DNA from: a virus
Lineage: Duplodnaviria > Caudoviricetes
Reading direction: 5' to 3' (one strand)
Length of the DNA: 57,374 bases
Virus record (IMG/VR): IMGVR_UViG_3300006805_000034
Span: 1 to 57,374 of that record
Part shown: in pieces, positions 19,701 to 27,400 of the stretch
Layout: every line of letters starts with the position of its first letter
How positions within the stretch are numbered: the first letter of the stretch is position 1
Notes under the pieces: model-generated
What the model saw: the letters and a program-made list of their open reading frames with translations, nothing else
What the model was told of the DNA's origin: nothing
The model's database searches: none
Translations under genes and position numbers: made by a program

Positions 19701-21494
19701 GAGGTGCTGCGACTGGACAGTGAGCCTGTGGCTGCGGGTGACGAGTTTGATCCGGATGCGAATCCGGCGCAGTTCATGGGCCCGGATGGGCCGATGGAGA
19801 TCCGGAGTGTGACGCTCAGGGACGGCACGACGTTTGGCGTGCAGACGATCGACGGTCAGCAGGGGCTGTACGTGGATGCCTTCAGCGTGCGCCAGGAAGG
19901 CGACTTTTACGCCGGGCTGAGCGATGCGGTGCAGAATCGCACGATCGACGATGCGGACGCGGTGCTGCGGGTGATGCAGCACGAGGGCATGGATGCCACG
20001 ACGCCGTTTTCGCAGATCGTGCTGGCGATTCAGCAGAACCTGCGGGTGCCGATGCGGCGCGCGCAGAAGATGCTGGCGCAGGTGATGGACACAGATGCCA
20101 ACGCCACGGTGTGGACGAATGGAGAACTCAAGGAAGCGCTGGAGAGTCCGCTGGGGAGTCCTAAGAAACAGGCTGGGCCGGGATTGTTTGGGGAGGATGA
20201 GATGAACTTTCTGGGGGACCGGAACACGCTGGGGCTGTTTGAGCAGGCAGGGCGTAAAGAAGCGCAGGTTTCTGGCAAAGGAATGAAGGAGCAAGGGAAT
20301 GCCGGAACCGGAGTGGGGACCACGGATGGCACGACTAGAACGGATCAGAAGACGAAGGCCGGCGGTGGACAGGATTTACAGAATTCCATCATTACAGGAT
20401 TGCCGAAAAGCGCTGAACGACCCAGTTTTGCGCAGGTGCGTGATGCGATTGTGGCACAGACCCCGGAGAAACGAGGCTTGTCAGTGGATGATTACATTGA
20501 TGACAATTTGGAGCGGACTTATCCGGCTCCTGGAACTCGATTTAAAGTCAATGGTAAGACCTACCATTGGACCATCACCCCAGGAACCAAGCTGCGTGGC
20601 AGCAGCATGGCTTTCAGCAATCCGTGGATGAGTGTTTTTGAAGGGGAGCGCAATTTCTTGGTCAAAATTCCTTTTGCCCCCGAACTCACGGCGTCACATC
20701 TGCGCAAAGCAGTGAGGGCAATTCACGAGGATGCTTATCCCGCCAAAGAGTTCACCCTGGAAGCGAGCACGGCGCAGGAGCTCAAGGCCGAGGCGGAGAG
20801 GAAGGTGCTGCGGGAGAATCTGCTGGCGCGGGCGGAGAAGCCGCTGGTGGGGACGCTGGGGGACATCGGGCAGACGCAGATGTTTGGGGGCGGGGATTTG
20901 TTTGCGCAGCCGAAGAAAACAACCGATACTCAAAACCAAGATGCACCAGCTACCTCCGGAAGTTTGGAACCAGATCGCCCGCGAGGCACCGCTGGCGACA
21001 CCGGCCGCACGCGCGGCCTTCAACCTGCCGCCCCAGAAGCAGGAGGCAATGCTCAACCAGTGGGCCCAGAGCGAGCAGAAAGCCAAGACGCCGGCGTGGG
21101 CGGTGGTGCCACTGCAGGAGGTGCTGCCCCTGCTGGCGGAACAGCCGGCGCTGAGCCAGTTCAAGGACAAGCATCCCGAGTTCCTGGACGCCCTGCCCGA
21201 GGTGAACAGCCCGCAGGAGGCGGCGCAATTGATGAGCCGAGAGCGGCAGTGGAGTCCGGCGCAGAGCTCGACCTTTCTCCAGTTGCTCCAGAGCGGCCAG
21301 CCGTTGACACGGTGGCAGCAGAGCGCGAGGTTACTGCACGCGACCGCCAGCTAGAGCAGGCCAAAGTTCAGGTAGAACCCAAAGAATGGGATCGGATGAA
21401 AGTGGCTGATGAGAGAGAGCATCGCCAAGAGTTTGCCGATGCTGCTGCCGCAGCAGCAGGACGATGTGCTGAAAACGGAGCGCCGCTTTTTTGA
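13797..21494 (+). CDS. Giant polyvalent internal virion protein, N-terminal half
   Basis: 2565-aa ORF: coiled coils, G/A-rich ejection-protein-like region, zincin-like LNEEWQH; probably joins the next ORF at 21411-21420. Confidence 0.8.
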   Translation: MPADLNYLLQARRNRYAQPAGGARASSPEDPRAAVEEEAFQAESKRLALAAKEQEAAAEEAAKAYEKGRRDADKEALRARNNEMEAKARREKRPIYTDADGVIQSQYTDDEWQAQKQRKAKNDQLRTRYFKEQRPWVEDADGNLVTRHTDEQWQAMQAEKVAKEKAKVIDDQAKDWREQKGAALTAVDDQTAQVMRGLDLDGQDLGLRHKAKLDTVKKANAQIKLLEQEIENGETEAGQILDGAAIAKRTAARQALVGERDKVQAEADEAEAKLRAHEVRKLEYSRANNEVQGWLQREKHGLKTALPPVVMGVKGREEPAKAGTTLPGGRNQSQSPLQTGAPSPETGGRNTLKREQRTPEEAVRRAVMEGRISALAEDDSLSDEERAVKLTRLMLQRDDPAAYETQVLQEFESLDPEQLNATLDGHLQDFEMRKQDWQSRRDALREQTQAVNAEVDGVLARNAQRLQQPHKAADLIEYTTADGGKVSVFKDLAPQLEQAQEKAGTFEKQNQAQMDQINAEGGELERAAKLIHAGGGVFQKKQEGARVAAKAERQKVYEQLNAIPGAKLGDELAAVDAAVEKHQGGDDVSLQEWAAKEREKIAAKAEDVQKKVGPAVQEAYAAASAKMPAGVDLNGELDRDPLGLEGPASEAGVTKLLEKMGLPSSKENRQMAVKMLRDAAVLDWSRGDTSAPVRTDSAGRVLVNPERWTDGEAYAEAVAGAGASEAEKAKALKMQPELKAQAIKLKLDTLRPLGVFREWEEAEVPPTREEKMQARANGTQAVPRKLHEGLSDEEKLKLFEKENSGVFSTGAWKVRWNQALLGAVQGVIGLAQSATGIAAPFSDTALDLNRRFGQDAAQLGAASQALPTGQWVNQGASMLVSSAPSLAVGGAVGAATRSEMLALQGAAAGAGLQTFGQVYGDAVQGSMQNKGMTKDEARQAALVPALASGVSTYALTAAGGTNGMESALRQEGFKQGLKQWLTTVGKGALKEGVLEEGPDQLIQGVIARHSYDPTKSWASIWEETATAVIGGALMGGAFEMMSGGGGTSQNGKGMEEQGNGGTGQAVGPEPVVTPVAETEPVVARPEPAEAGTTLLPETGPDTLKREQRTKEAEAELAGFAPEGMSAAAVAATKAKAEVLLRMAQGETLADFNDEELRQVGLNRDGTPGHYESVPVDKKNPQAGRTSVWKKGVRADGFQPVVVEDGELIITQRQIDNLGVRLPAVAARIGKSEVERRREIAGKGALISGKGMKDQGNAGTGVEGRKEAQEPEKKGSEAGGGQDGQDSRISGLRTELAAAAAAESSPVVASPEPAQAGTTLLPEDGTGADRSVRAPVEAVGFDPAVERRVDEIGAELAGRGLSGEQALRAARGVVGRMGVMGPKYEVQMIDPAFEEAMKAEGFQRDPAKMSRWMARGQFKAETRGEKPVMRKAEGAKSGPGVASPEPAEAGTTIPGGQSQLQTGAPSTEAGKSARAPLIERGDWKQAKGEVIGVMQGRAKGLPEAGKKAAGDKIKAVVKRFNKLEELIDTKFGRLFEGVRIVPNGSSGGGGLAAQVTGYDAQGRATGVELVVDAATFAEAGGVTDSELERALNEEWQHRADLMVMSRSEAIALARDIHAAQPGVFNSAWKQYFAVYINAGSKPAKPPVELTDDEAYMMYFEASRMIRQGTFTSENAAIRDVGLLQRMYLMLSRYVNFVKREMKKLPQDLRELWEDKLTAAEAVMRKTKEAGIRLQKEGLDDVEPPEGLPQKGAKTRKKEEVNEDEEAMAMAADAEMDVRPERKGALRNPGENAIRGMAAIPDPDNGKENVVVWINRYHGRITRPSKGWLERMAQDGKDRSKIGDWDDIRQAEIPSFYAGLVFKNGNGSTLDQALQELHGLGYFPGVAAEDVTGEMLARKIKDVIQRYQGKKQGGATTVQDEEQAHFERMEKQRVEFERSTSKGPIYVKPHEMQPGDVMMVKADDGKMHRVEVLRLDSEPVAAGDEFDPDANPAQFMGPDGPMEIRSVTLRDGTTFGVQTIDGQQGLYVDAFSVRQEGDFYAGLSDAVQNRTIDDADAVLRVMQHEGMDATTPFSQIVLAIQQNLRVPMRRAQKMLAQVMDTDANATVWTNGELKEALESPLGSPKKQAGPGLFGEDEMNFLGDRNTLGLFEQAGRKEAQVSGKGMKEQGNAGTGVGTTDGTTRTDQKTKAGGGQDLQNSIITGLPKSAERPSFAQVRDAIVAQTPEKRGLSVDDYIDDNLERTYPAPGTRFKVNGKTYHWTITPGTKLRGSSMAFSNPWMSVFEGERNFLVKIPFAPELTASHLRKAVRAIHEDAYPAKEFTLEASTAQELKAEAERKVLRENLLARAEKPLVGTLGDIGQTQMFGGGDLFAQPKKTTDTQNQDAPATSGSLEPDRPRGTAGDTGRTRGLQPAAPEAGGNAQPVGPERAESQDAGVGGGATAGGAAPAGGTAGAEPVQGQASRVPGRPARGEQPAGGGAIDEPRAAVESGAELDLSPVAPERPAVDTVAAEREVTARDRQLEQAKVQVEPKEWDRMKVADEREHRQEFADAAAAAAGRCAENGAPLF
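20941..21354 (+). CDS. Nested out-of-frame gene, 137 aa, unknown function
   Basis: A-rich leader then ATG; G/C-ending codons in this frame; the host frame is a low-complexity linker. Confidence 0.65.
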   Translation: MHQLPPEVWNQIAREAPLATPAARAAFNLPPQKQEAMLNQWAQSEQKAKTPAWAVVPLQEVLPLLAEQPALSQFKDKHPEFLDALPEVNSPQEAAQLMSRERQWSPAQSSTFLQLLQSGQPLTRWQQSARLLHATAS

Positions 21495-24400
21495 GCAGAC
21501 ACCCACGGAAACCGACCCGAAAAGAGGGGTGATGTTTACCAACGGCACGGGCACGGGCAAAACCTTTACCGGGCTGGGCATCATCAAACGGTTTGAGATG
21601 ATGGGCAAAGGCCGCGTATTGATCGTGGTGCCGAGCCAGCAGAAAGTCACCGACTGGAAGAACGAAGGCGCGCGGGTGATGGTCAAGGTGAACCCGCTGA
21701 ACGACACCAATGACGTGGGAGAGGATGTGGTGGCGACGACCTACGCCAATCTGCGCGACAACTGGAAGCTTCAAAGCGAGCCGTGGGACCTGGTGGTGTA
21801 CGATGAAAGCCACTACCTTTCCAGCAATGCCCAGGGCAACGAAGGAGCCAACATACGCGCGCATGAACTGGCCACTAACAAGCCCGGATGGAACCAGATG
21901 GAGAAATGGACGCAGGCAGTGCTGGGACCGCGCCCCAGTCGCCGGGAAGATGAAGCCGCAGCCAAGCGCTACGACAACGCCGCCGAGCAGGCCAGCAAGC
22001 AGATTCAGTACCTAGCCGACACCGCCCCGGACACCAAGGCCGTGTTTTTGAGCGCGACGCCTTTCGCGTATCACAAAAACCTCAAATACGCCGACGGCTT
22101 TCTTTACTCGGCCCCGCCGCGCTCGGACAGCAGCGCCTACAACACGCCGCAGGGCTTTGAGCGCTATTTGGTGGAGAATTTTGGGTACACGATGCGGACC
22201 AACCGCCTCAACTCGCCACCGCCTGAAGTGGACACGGGATTGATGGAACGCGAGTGGGCGGAGCGCCAGTTTCAGCAGGGCAGCATGAGCGGACGCATGA
22301 TTGACGTGCCGTATGATTACAGCCGTGAATTTGTGCTGCTGAACTCGGAAACGGGCCGCCTGCTGGATGAAGGATTCCGCAGTTTGTCGGGATGGGACCC
22401 CGACACGCGGGACCGCTGGCCGGAGCTGACAAGTGCCTTCAACAGCTACTGGCGCAGCAGCAGCAGCGGGTACACAAAGATGATGCAGTTCATGGAGTCC
22501 ATCAAAGTGGCGGACGCCATTGAGCGCATGCAGCAGCACCTTGACATGGGGCGCAAGATTGTGCTGTTCCATTCCTACAACAACGCCGATCCGCTGCACC
22601 CGTTCCAGTTGAGCTATCTGGCACCGGCTTACCGCAATGATCCTGCCGAGCAGATCGGGGAACGGCAGATGCTGGAGCAGCAGACCCGCGACTGGATGTC
22701 GGCGCACCCCAAACTGGTGCAGATGAATTTCCGACGTTTGCAAAATCCTCGTGCCCTAGTGGCGCAGGAGTTTGGGGACCGGGTGAAATTCTTCAACGGG
22801 GAAGTGGGCAAGAAAGACCGCGCAGCGGCGATCACGCAGTTTAACGACGACAACAGCGGCGTGGACATCTTCATGGTGCAGACCGATGCCGGCAAGGAAG
22901 GTATCAGCCTGCATGATACCACGGGCAAAAAGCAGCGCGTGCTGATGAACGCCAGCCTGCCGGTGAAACCGACTGATGCCATCCAGGAGGAAGGGCGCAT
23001 TTACCGCATCGGCGTGCTTTCGAATGCCATCCAGGAGTATCTGGTGCTGCACACCAACATGGAGCGCAGCGCCTTCGGCAGCAAGATCAGCCAGCGCACG
23101 GGCACCGTGGAAAACATGGCCTTAGGCCAGATGGCGCGCACGCTGACGGATTCCTTTAAATCCGGCTATCTGAACGCGCACGGCGAAGATCCGAGCCGGG
23201 AGCAGGGGCTTGGCGGCAAGGAGCAGGACAAGGCCGAGCTGCTGGGGGACGACTTCACCCGCGCCAAATCCTATTACTTTGGACGCATGAAGAAAACCAG
23301 CCGCAACAAGGCGGCTGAAGGGCAGGACTATTTTGCCACCCCGGAGCCGCTGGGGCTGGTGATGGTGCGCATGCTGGGAGCCAAGCCGGGCATGGACCTG
23401 CTGGAGCCGAGTGCCGGGCACGGAGCCATTGGGCGGTGGTTTCCTGACACCACGGCCAACAAGTTCATCGAGCCGAGTCGTACGCTGGCGGATGAACTGC
23501 GCATCAAGGTGGCGTCTGGGAAGGTGGAAGTGCAGCCTTTCGAGGATCTGCACATCATGAACAAATTCGACGGCGTGGCGATGAACCCGCCGTTTGGCAC
23601 GGCGGGCAAGCTGGCCATTGAGCACCTGGCCAAGGCCAGCAGGCACCTGCGCCAGGGCGGGCGCATGGTGGCCATCATTCCCGAAGGGCCGGCGATGCAG
23701 AAGCGCTTTGATGCCTGGCTGGAGGGCGAAGGGGCTGACATGCACCTGCGCGCATCCTACGGGTTGCCGACAGTAACATTTGAACGGGCGGGCACGAGCG
23801 TGAAAACGCGGTTGGTGGTGCTGGATAAAGCCGACCTGTGGACGGTGAGGCATGAGCCTGAAACAGGGACGTATGCCGCCTATGACAGTTTTGGCGAAAA
23901 GCGCCGGTCATACAAAGGTGGGGAGAAAACGTTGCGGGATCTGGCGGAAACCAATCCTGAGTTTATTGGCTGGCAGGATCAGGCGAATTTCCAAAATCGC
24001 AGCCCCCGCGAGATTGAGGCCGAGAACGTGAAGGAATTCTTTGACGAGATCGAGAACCTTGAAGCACCGCCGCGCATCGTCAAAACGGTGGCGACGGGGG
24101 CTTTGGATTCGGAAACTACATGGACGCCGCCTTATCCAGGTGCGCCCAATCCCAGCATTGCCGAGGCAATGCAAAACATGCAGCAGCAAAACCAAAGAGT
24201 GCCGAGCATGGCCCCTGCGGCACCCGTAGTCACCCCAGCCGCCGCTGCTTCCAATCCTTACGAGTCCGCGCAGACGCTGCACGCGAAAAAGGGCGTGATG
24301 ACCTACGTGGCCAAGATGTCGCGCCGCTTGAGTGATGCCACCTACCAGAGCGAGAAGAACCGCGCCAAGAAGTTTGGCGGGTACTACTCCGCCTTCAAAG

Positions 24401-27400
24401 GCAGCGGAGCCATTCCAGGATTCCAGTTTGAAAGTGCTGACAAACGCGATGCGTTCGTGGGTGGGTACACAGAGTCGGCACCTTTGAGCAGCCCGAGGAA
24501 GCAGATGCCGATTTTGAAGACGATTGAGAAGGTGCAGGAGTGGTCTCAAGCGGAGAACAAGAAAGAGGTGCTGGATCAACTGCCGGAGGATTTGCAGGCG
24601 AAGATCGAAGCGGATGAGCGCTGGCAGTGGCTGGAGAAGCATGATGCGAGCGAGGAGTTTGCGCCGTGGTATCCAGAGCCCTACCGGACGGCAAGTCGGG
24701 TGTATGCCGACCTTTCAGCGCGTCAGGCGGCAGATGAAGAGCTGACGGCCGCTGAAGACAAGGCGATGGACAAGGCGCATGACAAGCTGCTGGCCTGGGA
24801 GATGGCCGGCGGCCCGTGGAATCATGTGCTGGCGACGTATGAGCCGGAGATTGAGGCGCGGATGAAAGAAGTGATTGCGCAGATTGAGGCGACGGGGCGC
24901 TGGGAATGGGACAAGCGGGAGAGGGCGTTTGTGGCGACGGATGAGGACAATGAGCAGGTGCTGTACAGTCCGAGGAAGCAGGGGGGTGCCAAGACGGAGA
25001 AAGAAGTGTTTGATCACCGGCTGGCGGTGGCAAAGGCGGAGATTGAGAAGGACATGAGCGAGGGCGTGGTGCCGCGTGGAGTGCGTTCTTTTGCGGAACT
25101 GCATGACTCGGTGGATGCCAATGAGTACGTGAATGACAAGGAGCGGCCCGACCGGATGATTGGCCCGATGGGCACGGCGCAGGGCTGGCGTGCTCAGGAG
25201 TATGTGAATTTTACCAATAAGTTGATTGAGGCGCTGGATGAGTGGCTGAAACAAGGGGGTGCGGCCGGAAGCCAGAACACGCTAAAGCGTGAACAACGTA
25301 CGGGGATTGATGAGGCGGCGCATGAGGCGGCGACGTCGCCGAGGAATGATTTGGCGGAGCCGACGGCGGCGCAGAAGGAGGCGGGGAATTATGCCATGGG
25401 GCATGCTGTCATTGGTGGGCATGAGATTTCGATTGAGAATCCGGCGGGGTCGAGGCGCAGGCCGGAGTGGCCGGTGCTGAGGGATCACTATGGGTACCTG
25501 AAGGGCACGAAGGGGCAGGACGGGGACCAGGTGGACTTGTTTGTGAAGCCGGGGACGCCGGCGGACTATGCGGGGCCGGTGCATGTGGTGCGGCAGAATG
25601 TGGTGGAGGGGGGAGATGATGCTGGATCCTTGATGCTGGATGCTGGATCCAGAACCGGAGCCGGAGCGGGCAAGAGTGCCCGCGCTCCACTGAGGGCGAC
25701 GGGGAAGCTGGATGAGTACAAGGTGATGCTGGGGTATCCGACGGCGGCGGAGGCGCGGGCGGCGTATCTGCGCAACTACACGCCCGGCTGGCCGGGGCTG
25801 GCGAAGCTGACGACGCACACGATGCCGGAGTTTGAGGTGATCAAGCGGAGCGTGTTTGGCGGCGATGCGGGGGCGAGGGCGACGGACAAGGCGCTTGCGA
25901 GCGCCCAGAAGCAGGGGCAGGGTGGAGGCATGGCCAATCCCGACAAGGCCGATCAATCTCAAGCCATCCAACCCGCTTTGTTTGCCCGGCTCAAGGGTTC
26001 AAAGACGTTGTATCCTGTTCGTGACTTGGATGATGTGGCCAAAAAAGCCTCATGGATGAAGGTGAGATACCAATCCCGCCCGATAGTCGAGATTGTGACC
26101 AGCGATGGGATTGTGCGAGGGGTGAGTGATGAACAAGGTGTTATTCGTGAACCGAATGGCACCGTGATCTGGAACCCGTTTGATGATGAAAATACCGACC
26201 TGCTGGCGGCACCCCGCAAGCAGGGGAAGGCGCTGGAGATGATGGCGAAGGCGGACTGGGGGCGGATTGACAAGGCTCTTACGGGGCGGCTGGCGCAGGC
26301 GGTGACGGATGCGGCGCAGTGGATCAAGAAGCAGGCGCTGCCGGGTGAGGCGCAGGTGAACCCCGTGGATGCGGCGCTGGAGCTGCTGGCGGGGTGGAGG
26401 GTGGAAGGGCAGGCGGCTATGGGCGGGGTGAAACTGAAGCCAGACCAGAGGCAGGAGCTCATGGCTCAGACCCGGCGGCAGATGCGCCGGGCGTGGAACT
26501 ATGCGCAGCGGCAACTGGTGCCGGATGCCTCCCTGCCGGCGGATGTGCTGGCCAAAAAGCGCGAGATGACGATGAACCAGGGGCTGAGCAATGAGGTGGC
26601 GCTGGACATCGGCAAACGGGCGCTGGCGGGCAAACCGAAGCTGTCCGACCTGGTGGTGGGTGAGGCGCAGCAGAATCCAGAGATCCGGCGCAAGATGTTC
26701 CTGGCGATGAACCCGCGAATTGACAGCGGAGTGACGATGGACAGCCTCAATCCCGAAGAGCGGCGGGTGGCGGAGGCTTTACTGAAGCTGCGCGACGACC
26801 TGGGAAAACGCATGGTGAAGGCGGGACGGATCGGACTGCAGACGTATGAAGCGATGCGGGAGGGCACGAGCCACTACTATGACCATGACGTGAAGCGGGA
26901 GAAATCCCTGCTGCGGCAGATGAGTCTGGGGCTGCGCAACTTGTTTGCCCAGACGGCCACGGCGTATCACATCGTGGACACGCAGACGAAGCAGCCGGAT
27001 GGCAGTCCGGCGCTGGTGATGCACCCTGGAAGCCGGAACCGGCCGACGTATCGCTTTGAGACGCAGGAGCAGATGCGCGGGTGGTACGAGGAGTTCATCA
27101 AGGACCAGATTTTGCAGGCGGCGGAGAAGGGCAACGCCGGGCGCTACCCGTGGATGACGCAGGCGGACAAGGCGGCGCTGATGGGCGTGACGCGGGACAG
27201 CCTGAACAATCCGGGCCGGATGAGCGCCGAGCAGCGCGCGGTGGTGTCGCGCCTGCAGGAGCAGCTCCGGGCCCGCTTTGAGAAGCGGATGCCGCTGAGC
27301 TACGACGAGCACAGCAAGGCGGGGCTGATTGAAGACCCGTTTTACTCGGTGGCCCGACAGATCGCCGAGATGGGGCATGACGTGGCGACTGCGGAGTTTT

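Noticed and set aside
21352-21408. Stop-codon readthrough or recoding joining the nested ORF to the helicase ORF
   Set aside because: Three stops (TAG, TAG, TGA) intervene, and all three stop codons end normal genes elsewhere.
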